Assembly: GCA_028826165.1 (NCBI GenBank)
Contig: JAPDFW010000059.1
Coordinates: 496,001-560,000, forward strand
Direction: 5' to 3'
DNA length: 64,000 nucleotides
DNA from: Anaeramoeba ignava BMAN
Taxonomy: Eukaryota; Protista; Anaeramoebae
In this document: positions 1 to 13,500 of the stretch, in pieces
Numbering within the stretch: the first letter of the stretch is position 1
How the letters are laid out: each line of letters starts with the position of its first letter
Position numbers and translations under genes: made by a program
The notes under the pieces: generated by a model
The model's database searches: none
Told to the model about the DNA's origin: nothing
What the model saw: the letters and a program-made list of their open reading frames with translations, nothing else

Positions 1-2484
1 ATATAATATTAAATATAAAATTAAATATTTTAGTTTTATATTAAATATAAATTAAATATAATATTAAATATAAAATTAAATATAAAAATTAAATATAAAA
101 TTAAATATAAAATAAAAATAAATATAAAATTAAATATAAAATAAATATAAAAATAAATATAATAAAAATTAAATATAAAATTAAAATATAAAATTAAATA
201 TAAAATTAAAATATAAAATTAAAATAAAAATTAAATATAAAAAAAATAAAATTAAATACAAAATTAAAAAATTAAAATATAAAATTAAATATAATATTAA
301 ATATAAAATTAAAATATAATTAATAAATATAAAATTAAATATAAATAAAATTAAAATATTAAATATAAAATTAAATAAAAATTAAATATAAAATTAAATA
401 TAAAATTAAATATAATATTAAATATAATATTAAATATAATATTAAATATAAAATTAAATATAAAATTAAATATAATATTAAATATAAAATTAAATATAAA
501 ATTAAATATAATATTAAATATAAAATTAAATATAAAATTAAATATAATATTAAATATAATATTAAATATAAAATTAAATATAAAATTAAATATAAAATTA
601 AATATAAAATAATTAAATATTATTAAATATAAAAATTAAATATAATAAAATTAAATATAAAATTAAATATAAAATTAAATATTAAATATAAAATTAAATA
701 TATTAAATATAAAATTAAATAAAATATAAATATAAAATATAAAAATAAATATAAATATAAAATTTAAATATAAAATTAAAATATAATATTAAAAATATAA
801 TAATAAAAATATAAAATTAAATATAATATTAAATATAAAATTAAATATAAAATTAAATATAATATTAAATATAATATTAAATATAATATTAAATATAAAA
901 TTAAATATAATATTAAATATAAAATTAAATATATAAAAATTAAATATAAAAAAATATAAAATTAAATTATAAAAATTAAATAAAATTAAATAAAAAATTA
1001 AAATAAAATTAAATATAAAATTAAATATAATATTAAATATAAAATTAAATATAATATTAAATATATTAAATATAAAATTAAATATAAAATTAAATATAAT
1101 ATTAAATATAAAATTAAATATAATATTAAATATAAAATTAAATATAAAAATTAAATATAAAAATTAAAATAAAATTAAATAAAAATATTAAATAAAAATT
1201 AAAACAAAAATTAAATATAAAAATTAAATATAAAATTAAATATAAAACAAAATAAAAAAATTAAAATATAAAATATTAAATATAAATATAAATATAAAAA
1301 AAATAAATATAAAAATTAAATATAATATTAAATAAAAATTAAATATAAAAATAAATATAAAATTAAAATATAAATTAAATAAAAAATTAAAATAAAATAA
1401 TAAAAATAAAATAAAAATATAAAATTAAATATAAAATTAAATATAAAATTAAAAAATATAAAATTAAATATAATATTAAATAAATATAAAATTAAAATAT
1501 AAAATTAAATATAAAATTAAATATTTAAAATTAAATAAATATAATATTAAATATAATATTAAAATATAAAATTATAAAATTAAATATAATATTAAATAAA
1601 AAAAAAATAAATTAAATATAAAATTAAATATAATATTAAATATAAAAATTAAATATTAAATATAAAATTAAATATAAAATTAAAATATAATATTAAATAT
1701 AATATTAAATATAAAATTAAATATAAAATTAAATATAAATGACAAAATAAAATTAAATATAAAATTAAATATAATATTAAATATAATATTAAATATAATA
1801 TTAAATATAATATTAAAATATAATATTAAATATAAAATTAAATATAATATTAAATATAATATTAAAATAAAATAAAATTATACAATATTAAATATTAAAT
1901 ATAAAATTAAATATAATATTAAATATAAAATTAAATATAATAAAATTAAATATAATATTAAATATAATATTAAATATAATATTAAATATAATATTAAATA
2001 TAATATTAAATATAATATTAAATATAAAAATATAAAATAAATATAAAATTAAATATAAAAATTAATATAAAAATATATTAATAAAAAAAAGAAAATAAAA
2101 TATTAAAAATGAAAAAATGTAAATTTTATAAATATAAAAAAAGGAAAATATAATATTAAATATAATATTAAATATAAAATTAAATATAATATTAAATATA
2201 AAATTAAATATAATATTAAATATAAAAATTAAAATAAAATAAATTAAATATATAAAATAAATATAAATATTAAAATATAAAATATAAAATTAAAATTAAA
2301 TATAATATTAAATATAATATTAAATATAATATTAAATATAAAATTAAATATAATATTAAATATAAAATTAAATACAAAATTAAATATAATAATAAATATA
2401 AAATTAAATATAATATTAAATATAATATTAAATATAATATTAAATATAAAATTAAATATAAATTTAAATTCAATAATAAATTAG
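1..2484 (+). repeat. Almost pure A/T degenerate 12-bp satellite (TTAAATATAAWA) forming a >2.4 kb intron of the Rab gene
   Basis: The repeat runs to TTAG at 2481-2484, which is directly followed by the Rab WDTAG exon. The donor lies upstream of the window. Confidence 0.85.
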
Positions 2485-3232
2485 TGGGATACAGCAGGTA
2501 TTTATAGGAAAAATAAGAAAACAAAATCAATAAAAATGAAAAATTGTAATTTTTTATAACGATTTAACAAAAAAGGACAAGATAGATTTCGATCGATAAC
2601 ACCATCTTATTACAGAAACACAACCGGAATTATGATTGTTTATGATGTAACAAATGAAGAAACCTTTGAGCACATTTCCACTTGGTTTCAAGAAATTAAA
2701 TCAAATGCACCTGAAGATGTTGTTATTATGATTGTCGGAAATAAAACAGATTTAGAAGAACGTCGTGCTGTTTCTTATCAAAAAGGTCAAAAACTTGCTG
2801 GTTCTTATGGTTGTTTATTTGGGGAAATGAGTGCTAAAACTGGTATAAATGTTCGTGAATCTTTTACTCAAATGGCTTCTCAAGCCTTAAAATTGTAATT
2901 GTGTTCTTTCTTTCTTTTCAAATTTCAATACAAGATTAAAATGAATTTATAATTAAATTTATAATTAAATTTATAATTAAATTTATAATTAAATTTATAA
3001 TTAAATTTATAATTAAATTTATAATTAAATTTATAATTAAATTTATAATGAAATTTATAATTAAATTTATAATTAAATTTATAATAAAATTTATAATTAA
3101 ATTTATAATTAAATTTATAATTAAATTTATATTAAAATTTTTTATTATTTTAGGCAGAAAAAATCAAAAAAAAAACCAAAACAAAAAGAAGTTTCATTCA
3201 CAAAAAAAACTTCAACAAAAAAGAATTGCTAA
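2485..3232 (+). CDS. Rab-family small GTPase, 3' part (exons 2485-2497, 2576-2894, 3154-3232)
   Basis: Spliced translation WDTAG/QDRFRSITPSYYR...VGNKTDL...EMSAKTG...KKNC*. GT-AG introns at 2498-2575 and 2895-3153. Subfamily not assignable by eye. Confidence 0.93.
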
Positions 3233-3454
3233 TTTCTAAAAATATTGTTTTTCCGTATAATTTCAATCTTCTTTCTTTTATCAATTTGTTTTTTTTTTCT
3301 TTTCTTTTTGAACTTTTTCTTTTTTTTTTGGAAAATGAATTCAATATAAATTGATCAGCCTTTTTGTTCACTTTTTTAAATAATATTTTTTGATTTAAAT
3401 TTTTTAGAATAATTCACTTTTGAAAACAAAGAAAAGAAAAATCTAATTTTGGAA

Positions 3455-6194
3455 TTATTTTTTGGAATATAAAAGAAGACTCATTAAATCCAAATGAAGT
3501 GCTAATTGATTAATTTCTTGATTTGTTTCTTGATTAATTTCTTGATTTGTTTCTTGATTAATTTCTTGATTAATTTCTTGATTAATTTCTTGATTTGTTT
3601 CTTGATTTTGTTTGTTTTTCATTTCAATCAAAAATTTCTTAATTCTTTCAAATTGATTTTCAATCAATCCAATTTTCATTTCAATATTTTTTTCCAAATT
3701 TTGATAATTTTCTTCAAATATAACAATCAATTCTTCAAATTGATTTTTTGTTTGATTCAAAATCAATTTGTTTGATAATTTTGATGTTGTTTCTTTTTGT
3801 TGAGAAATTTTAAGTAAATGTTCAAGTTGTAAAATCTTATTTTTTTGTTCATTAATTTTTGGATTGAAATCTAAATCAATTAGTTTCTGAAAAGAATCCA
3901 ATTTTTTAGAAAGATTTTCATTTTCAATATTTAAAGTTTTTTGGATTTCTTTGTGTTTTTTTTCATTTTGTTCTTTTTGATTGATAAACTCTTTTTCCAT
4001 ATTTTTCATCAAACAAGAAGAAATGACTGAATTAACCAAATCACGTGATAAATTTTGTTTTAAATCACATTCAAGAGTTAAACATTCATTCCTAAAATGA
4101 TCAACTTCTTTTTCAGTTTTTTGCAAATAAGATTCAAGAAGAAGAATTTTATTTTGAAGTTCCTTTTTTTTCTTCTGGAATTTTTCTTTTTCTAGCTCCA
4201 GATATTGCTCCTTTTCCTCATAAAGCTTGTTTATTTGTTCTCTATTAATTGTGTCTATTTTGATAAGTTCGTTAGAATGCCCAATTTTTAATTCAAAAAT
4301 AGAATTTTCAAGTTGCGAATTTTTGGATTCGAGTTGACTAATTTGATCCTTCATTTCCTTATTTCGAGAAGAGGAACTCTCAAATGCAATTTCTAATTCA
4401 GTTATTCTCAGCTTTTTTTCTTCGAGTTTCAATTTTATTTTCTGATTTTCATCTTTCAGTCCTTGTATTTCACTTGCAAATTTATTTTCAGCATTGAAAA
4501 GAATTTGTTTCGATATTTCTATAATTTTTTCAAGTTCTTGAGTTTGTTGATTAAGAAGTGAATTGTGAGTCTCTTGCAACTTCTTGCTTGAAATGACCTT
4601 ATCAGCCTCTTTTTGGATAAGTATTTTTTCTTTGTTGATCCAAGAAGTTTGATCTTGTTGTAATTTTTGGATATTCTCAACTTCAGAAAGAAAAGAATTT
4701 AGTTTTGAAATTTGTTCCAAGAATTGCTTGTTTAAAACCATTGCTTGCGCATATTTTTCCTTGATTTTATTGAGTTCTTCGTTTTTGGATGATTTTTGTA
4801 TTTCTTTTTGTTGCTTTTTATATATTCTGACAAAATCAGTTTCAAGATTGGAAATTTGCACTTTTTGTTGATTTACAATTTGTTCTAAATTGCTTTTTTG
4901 AATTGCGTCTTTTGCTTCGTTTTGTCTGGATTGTTCTAGTTGTTCTTGCAACTCTTTAAATTTAGTTTCTGTTGAGTTCTGTAAATTTTGATAACTTTTC
5001 TCTAATTGATTCATTTCAAATTTTTTCGTATTTAGTTTTGATAAGTTTATTTTCGCTTCTTTAGATATTGATTCATTTTTTTTCGCAAGTTCTTCCGTTT
5101 CGATTTTGTGATTTTGATTCATTTCATCAATTTTGTTTTTGAGTTGATTTATTGTTTCATTCATTTTCTGTTTTTTTTTGTGATATTTATTTTTTTTGGT
5201 TGAATATTTTCTGTCCAAATCTGCAACTTTATCTCTTAATAATTGGTTTGAAATGGAAAATAGTTTAATTCTTTTATCCATTTCCTCTATTGATGTATTT
5301 GAGCTTTTATTTTGATCATGAACTTCTTTATTATCCTTTTTATCCAAAAAAAAATAAGATATTAAGATATTAAGATATTAAGATATTAAAATATTAAAAT
5401 TACATTTCGGTGTGAATTTTTTTCATTTGATTCATGTTTACTTAAAATTTTATTAAAAACATTTTGAATAGTTGATTTTGAAAAATCGGAAATTATTTTT
5501 TTTTCAAATTCTTTGATTTTTGATTGTAATCTTTGATTTTGATTTATTAATTTCTGATTTTGAATTTTTTCTTCAGAAACTTTTTTTTGATAATGAATTT
5601 TTTCGAGTTTTAAAGCTTCTCTTTCGTTAATAACTTTAATATTTTGTTGTTGTAATTCTGTCATTGAAATTAAATTTTGTTTAAGTTTTTGCATATTTGT
5701 TTTATATTTATTTTTCCAAATTTGGACTTTTTCAGCTTCTAATTTCCATTGTTCTGTTAATTCTTGGATTTGATGATTCTTTTTTAAAATTATATTAAAT
5801 ATTATATTAAATATTATATTAAATATTATATTAAATATTATATTAAATATTATATTAAATATTAGATTAAATATTAGATTAAATATTAGATTAAATATTA
5901 AATTAAATATTAAATATTATATTAAATATTAAATTAAATATTAAATTAAATATTAAATTAAATATTAAATTAAATATTAAATATTAGATTAAATATTAGA
6001 TTAAATATTATATTAAATATTATATTAAATATTATATTAAATATTATATTAAATATTATATTAAATATTATATTAAATATTAAATTAATTATTAAATTAA
6101 ATATTATATTAAATATTAGATTAAATATTATATTAAATATTAGATTAAATATTACTTGAAGTTTTTGAAGTTCTTCTTTATAATCACTTGTCAT
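3455..6194 (-). CDS. Long coiled-coil protein of unknown family (exons 6194-6156, 5778-5404, 5335-3455)
   Basis: E/K/Q/L-rich heptad ORFs join in phase through GT-AG introns 6155-5779 and 5403-5336. Confidence 0.8.
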
Positions 6195-6348
6195 AAATAA
6201 TTAAATTATTTTTTAATTAAAAATTAAAAATTAAAAATGAATTTGAGTTTTGAAAAAATGGTTTTTTTTATTTGTTTTTAACGGTTCGATTTGATGAAAT
6301 TGGATTTTTAATTTTCATTTTTTCTTTTCTTTTGTTTAAAAATAATTA

Positions 6349-9300
6349 ATGGCTTTATCAGATATTTATCAAACTTTTATAATTCTATTAATTATTTTCT
6401 TTTCAATGTTAATTATTATAATAATATTTAGACTTCTTTCATTTATAATAAAAACGTTTGTTATTGCTATAAAAATTAAATTAAATTAAATTAAATTAAA
6501 TTTAAATTAAATTAAAAATATAAATGTTTAGACCTTCATTTATTATTTATTATTATACAAAAATTCAAGAAAAACTCACTGAATTATTATCTTTTTCAAC
6601 AAAATCAGGAAGATTATGGGTAAAAAAAAACCATTTATATTTCTTTTAGATAATCAAATTCTCATCAAAATAAAATATAAAATATAAAATTAAAAAAAAA
6701 GGATCTTTTTCAATTTATAACTACAGTTATTGTTTGCATTGCTTTTGTTATTGAGACTTATCTTGTTCAAATACCAAAATCTTTACTTAATGCAGAGTTT
6801 ATTGTTCTTTTTATTTTTTTTATTGATTATATTTTCTATTTTATAATTTCAAAAAACAAGTATTTATATATTCAAATCAAAATATTAGTTTTGGATCATT
6901 TTCTCTGATTAATTTATATATAAAAACAAAAAAAAAAAAAAAAGGTTGAAATACTTTTTATCAATGTTCGCAATTTTAGATTTTATCATCATTATTCCTT
7001 TTATTATTTTGTAAAAATATCCAATCCAATTCAATTTTTTCAAGTGGAAAAAAATAAATTATTAAATATACTATTTTGTTTTCCAAATCAAGATATGCTC
7101 GTGGAAACCCAGAATCTAGTGATGCAAGTAAACCTTTACGTGCTTTGAGAGTTTTTCGAATATTCCGAACTTTCCGTTTTCTTTCTCTTTCAAAATCAAG
7201 TATTTTGTTCCATATTTTTTTTTAGATCAAATATTTTTATTCTTCTTTTTTTTTTTTCTTTTAACAAAAAGTTTTAAGAAGATCAATTGAAAAACTTGCT
7301 TTAATTATTATTTCTTTATTATTTTGTGGAGCAGGAATTATGCAATTTATTGAAGACTCTCAACATTTATCTTTTCATGAAACAATATATTTTATTGTTA
7401 TTGTATCCTTTAAAAAAAGAAAATGTTTTTAAAAAAAGAAAATGATTTTAAAAAAAGAAAATGATTTAAAAAAAGGAAATCATTTTAAAAAAAGAAATCA
7501 TTTTAAAAAAAGAAAATGATTTTAAAAAGAAAATCATTTTAAAAAGAAAATCATTTTAAAAAAGAAAATGATTATAAAAAAGAAAATGATTTTTAAAAAG
7601 AAAATCATTTAAAAAAGAAAATATTTTTTTGTTCCACTTTTGTTTTTCCTTGACACCTTTATATTCCATTTCAACTGTTGGTTATGGTGATATTTCACCA
7701 TTAACAGAAATAGGAAAAATGGCGATGATGTTCACAATTTTATTCACACTTGTTTTAGTTCCTGTTCAAATATCAAAAGTTATTGATCTTTCAATTAGAT
7801 ATAAAAGTATTTAATTTTAAATTTTAATTTTATTTTTATTGATTTTTATTGATTTAATTTTAATTTTAAATTTTAAAGGCGAAGAAACAAAATACACAAA
7901 AAATAGAAAACATGCAATAATTAAGAGTTCAAATGAATTTTCATCTTTATTTCATTTATTGATTGAATTCGGAATTCAGGTTTATTATTATAGCAAAATA
8001 TATATATATATATATGTTTCATTTAAATTTATCAAAACAAAACAATTTTATTTTTTACATAAAAAAAAGATCCGAAAAGTAAGAGAAAAGTTTTTCGATA
8101 TTGTAATTATATTTGATCAAGAACCCCCACAAAATATCAAAAGAATTTTCAAAAATCCATTTTTTGATCAACGAATTAAAGTTGTCATTTTAAAATCTTT
8201 AAATGAATTCACACTTGAAAAAGTATCTATTGATACAGCAAAAATGTGTATTTTATTAGCAGACAAACAAGAAAAATCAAGAATAAAACAAGATTCAAGA
8301 ATTTTACATGATGCATTAACAATTCAAAATTTTAAACCAAAAATCAAAACTTGTTTGCAAATGATTGATTTTGGAGGAAGTGACAGTTTAACAAATTTTA
8401 AAGGAGATGCAATTCTAATAAATGGAATGAAAAATGTATCAAAAATTCAATTTAATTCAATTTAAATGAATATTTATTGTTTTTATAAATAAAATAAAAA
8501 AAAAAAAAAAGAGTATAATTGCTTTAAATTCTTTGTATCCAGGATTTGCAACATTCATCTCAAATCTCATTCAATCAACCCCAAATATTCCTTATTCTGA
8601 TGATTATAAATTTATACCTTGGATACAAGAATATCATATTGGAATGAAAATGGAAATTTTTACAATAATATTCCCTCAAAGATTTAATCAATTGACATTT
8701 ATTGAAGCTTGTACAAAAATTTATTCTTCGTTTTCTGCAATTTTGATTGGCGTAATTTATTCAAATATGGATAGAAAATGCACTTTGTTACTCAATCCTG
8801 GAGATTCTTATTATATCAAAAAAGGAGATGTTGGATATATCATTTGTGATCCTGAAAAAATTGATGAAATTGCAGTTCATTTTGTAGATGATTATTTTTT
8901 GGAAAAAGACAATTTGAATGGTAATCCATTTTTTCAAAAAAAAAAAAAAATAACAGAAAATTAAACAATAACATGAAATATCCAAAAATTAAAATAAACA
9001 TGAAATTGAAATAGAAACGAAAACAAGCACTGATTTTATTGATACGATAGAATTAAATGAATTTAATCCCCAAGGACACAATGATCTCGATTATGAATTT
9101 CATTTTGGAGTTGAAAATGATAAGAAAATAAACAAGCAAAGAAAAGAATTCATTGCAAAAAAATTTCGCAGTTTGCAAAAAACTAAGCATTTAAAATCCA
9201 GTAGTTTTTGGACAAGTTTTTCAAAGATGTATTCACCAATCATTCATTCAATAACAAGAATGAGCAATTCATTTTACAAAGAGGATGAGGCAAACAATTT

Positions 9301-10530
9301 TGAAACTGAGAATTTAAGCACTTCAAATTTAGCAGAAACAAATGAGGAAAATAAGTTAAGCTCAAAACACGGAAAAGAGAAGGTTGATGATAAGAAAATC
9401 AACCCAAATAATTTAACTTTAAAAAAAATCACAAATATCAAAAACACGAAAAATGTTGAATATCAAAAATTTGATTGGATCAACTTATCATATCCTTATC
9501 CAATTCTTCATCAAGTCACCTATCAAGAAGTTATTCTATTTCGAATTAAAAATATGTCAAACCACATTTTGTTTCTTGGAGATTTTAATAATTTCTTTGA
9601 GTTTGTTTGCGCACTTCGAACACATGAACTATCGCTATATTTCAGAAAACTCACACAAAATAAATCAGGAAATGAACGTTTGCTATTCAATCCTGTACCT
9701 GTGCTTTATTCGACAGTTGAATGGCTTAAAAAGGCTCAATGGAAACTAATTCAAGATGAGCCCGTTATTTTTGCAAATGTTTTTTTTGACGATCTAAATC
9801 CTTTTTTGAATTTCGAATATTCATCGGATCGCATGATCCAAAATGCAAGAAGTTTAGTTGTAACTGATTATCATGATTTATTTGAACCAAAAGATGTTGA
9901 GAGGAAACTTTTGGATTCTTCTTCCATTTTGATTTCAAAGGTTGTTCAAAATTTACAAAATTCTCCTCATTTTACAATTAATTTAAACATCCCTTCAAAT
10001 GCTCTTTTTTTGGGTCTTTCAAGTGCAACAATTCCTATTGCAAAAGACCAAATACTTGATGAAATATTATCTTTAAAAAATTATACTCATAATGTTTATT
10101 ATGCAAGTAGTAATGTTTTTACTTCCGTTATTTTTGAATCTTTAATGGTTCAAGTAATATTTTTTTTTCATAAACAAAAAAAACCAAAAAAAAAAGAATA
10201 TAATTTTTTTTTAAAACAATTTCATCTCAAAAGAATTTTTATAAAGCAGATATAATTGAAATTATGAAAGCATTCATTTGGGATTTACCAAAAAATCTTC
10301 CATTAGATTTGAACTATTCCACTTTTTCAGTAATTGATATTCCTCAAGAATTTGAAAATCGGACATTTTTAGAATTGTTTATAAATTTAGCTCAATTTAA
10401 GTCTATTGTTGTTCTTGGATTATATAGAAAAATTATAGGAGAAAAACATTTTTATGTTGTAACAAATCCAAAACAATCTACAATTTGTTTATCAAGTGAT
10501 CGTTTATTGATTCTTTTACTTCATAAATAA
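6349..10530 (+). CDS. BK/Slo-family potassium channel (S0-S6 plus RCK domains), multi-exon
   Basis: N-terminal hydrophobic S0; S4 KPLRALRVFRIFRTFRF; pore STVGYGDISP; RCK motifs (AKMCILLAD, IALNSLYPGFATFISNL, NHILFLG, IVVLGLYR, YVVTNP). Confidence 0.92.
7403..7664 (+). other. U12-type (minor spliceosome) intron, apparent GT-AT termini
   Basis: 5' site GTATCCTTT (7403-7411); branch TTTTTCCTTGAC (7643-7654) with the A 11 nt from the end. Removal gives YFIVI/SISTVGYGD, matching Slo pore-helix spacing. Confidence 0.85.
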
Positions 10531-10563
10531 AAATGGATATATTTTATTATTTATTTTATTATT

Positions 10564-13500
10564 TTATTTTCTTTTAAGTAAGGATTTAGAAGTTAAAAAG
10601 GAAAGATCTTGAAGAGAATCAATAAATTCTTGAGCTGCAGGAGATAAAATTTTTTGTTTTGGGTTTTGGATAATATCAACAATTTCAATATCTAAAAGAT
10701 CTTCGTTGTTTGAAATTATTAAATCTTTTTTTGGTTTTTGGAGATTTTGAGAAAATATATTCAAGATATCTTTTCCTTGATCAAAATTTAAATCTATCAG
10801 TTGTTTATTTGAATTATTTGAATTATTTTCATTTGATTCATTTAAATCTATCAGTTGTTTATTTGAATTATTTGATTTATTTTCATTTGATTCTTTTTTT
10901 GATTTATCTTTTGATTCTTCATTTAAATCTATCAGTTGTTTATTTGAATTATTTGATTCTTTTTTTGATTTATCTTTTGATTCAATTTTTGATTTATCTT
11001 TTGATTCAATTTTTGATTCTTTTTTTGGTTTAATTTTTGATTCTACATTTAAATCTATCAGTTGTTTATTTGATTCTTTTTTTGATTTATCTTTTGATTT
11101 ATTTTTTGATTCAATTTTTGATTCAATTTTTGATTTATCTTTTGATTTATTTTTTGATTTATCTTTTGATTCTTTTTTTGATTCTTTTTTTGATTTAATT
11201 TTTGATTCTTCATTTAAATCTATCAGTTGTTTATTTGAATTATTTGATTCATTTTTTGATTGTTTATTTGATTTATCTTTTGATTCAATTTTTGATTCAT
11301 TTTTTGATTCATTTTTTGATTGTTTATTTGAATTATTTGATTTATCATTTGATTCAATTTTTGATTCTTTTTTTGATTCTTTTTTTGATTCTTTTTTTGA
11401 TTTATTTTTTGATTCTTTTTTTGATGTAATTTTGGTTGTTATTTGTAATTTTGGTTCATAAATATCATATAATTTCTTTGAAAATGAAGAATTTTTCCAA
11501 TTAAATGATTCTAATTTTTCATCTAAATCGAATTGATTTGAATTATTTATTGAATACCGAATAAAATAAGCATCTAATAATTTATGCTTAGAATTTACAT
11601 TTTCATTTACATTTTCATTTTCATTTTCATTTTTGATTCCAAAAATTTTTTCAAATTCAAGATGAAGTGATTTTTGTATTTCTTTAGTATCCAATTTTTT
11701 TGTTTCTGGAAAAATTAGTTTTTGAGCTATAAATGATTCTGAATTTTTTATATTTTTTGATTTTTCAAGATCATTTTTTCCATCATTTTGTTTATTATCT
11801 AAATTTTGATTGGATTGACTATCAAAGTTAGAAAAATTAGTTTCAAATTCGAAAGAACTTTTTGTATTTTTCTCTTGTTTTGTTTGATCAAATTTTAAAT
11901 TTTCATCAAAATTAGCATCAAAATTAGCATCAAAATCGAATTTAGCATCAAATTCAATATTTTTTGTTAACTCTTGTTTTTCGTTTTGTATTTCATTTTC
12001 ATTTTGATTTTGATTTTTATTTTGATTTTCATTTTCATTTTCAAAATTAAAATTATTATCAAATTTAATATCAAAATTATTATCAAATTCAAAATTTGAT
12101 TCAAATTGATTTTCAAATTGATCTTGATTTTCATTTTCATTTTGGTTTTGATTTTGATTTTCATTTTGATTTTCATTTTCATTTTCATTTTGATTTTCAT
12201 TTTCATTTTGATTTTGGTTTTGATTTTCATTTTCATTTTCAAAATTAAAATTATCATCAAATTTAGTATCAAAATTATTATCAAATTCAAAATTTGATTC
12301 AAATTGATTTTCAAATTGGTTGATTTTGATTTTGGTTTTGATTTTCATTTTGATTTTCATTTTGATTTTCATTTTCATTTTGATTTTGATTTTCATTTTC
12401 ATTTTGATTTTCATTTTGATTTTGATTTTGATATTGATTTTGATTTTGATTTTGATTTTGATTTCATTTGATTTTGATTTTGATTTTGATTTTGATTTTG
12501 ATTTTCATTTTGAATGTTTTTTTCATTTTCAAAATTAAAATTATTATCAAATTTAGTATCAAAATTATTATCAAATTCAAAATTTGATTCAAATTGATTT
12601 TCAAATTGGTTTTGATTTTTGTTTTGATTTTCATTTTGATTTTCATTTTGATTTTCATTTTGATTTTTATTTTGATTTTCATTTTCATTTTGATTTTGAT
12701 TTTCATTTTCATTTTGATTTTGATTTTCATTTTGATTTTGATTTTGATTTTGATTTTCATTTTGGTTTTGATTTTCATTTTGATTTTCATTTTCAAAATT
12801 AAAATTATCATCAAATTTAGTATAAAAATTATTATCAAATTCAAAATTTGATTCAAATTGATTTTCAAATTGGTTTTGATTTTGGTTTTGATTTTCATTT
12901 TGATTTTCGTTTTGATTTTCATTTTCATTTTGATTTTGATTTTGATTTTGATTTTGATTTTGATTTTGATTTTGATTTTGATTTTGATTTTCATTTTGAT
13001 TTTGATTTTGATTTTGATTTTGATTTTCATTTTGATTTTGATTTTCATTTTGATTTTCATTTTCAAAATTTGATTCAAATTGATTTTCAAATTGGTTTTG
13101 ATTTTGATTTTGATTTTTATTTTCGTTTTGATTTTGATTTTGATTTTGATTTTGATTTTGATTTTCATTTTGATTTTCATTTTGATTTTCATTTTGATTT
13201 TCATTTTGATTTTGATTTTGATTTTGATTTTGATTTTGATTTTGGTTTTGATTTTGATTTTCAATTTGATTTTGATTTTGGTTTTGATTTTCATTTTGAT
13301 TTTGATTTTCATTTTCATTTTGGTTTTGATTTTGATTTTGATTTTGGTTTTGATTTTCATTTTCATTTTCATTTTCATTTTCATTTTGATTTTGATTTTG
13401 ATTTTGATTTTGATTTTGATTTTGATTTTGATTTTCATTTTCATTTTGGTTTTGATTTTGATTTTGATTTTCATTTTCATTTTCATTTTGATTTTGATTT

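Noticed and set aside
6408-6431. Apparent 24-nt GT-AG mini-intron in the channel gene
   Set aside because: It reads through in frame as part of the hydrophobic S0 helix.
9489-9500. ATATCCTTA (and GTATCCGTT at ~24670) as further U12 donors
   Set aside because: Both lie inside continuous coding frames, and no matching branch site was noticed downstream.
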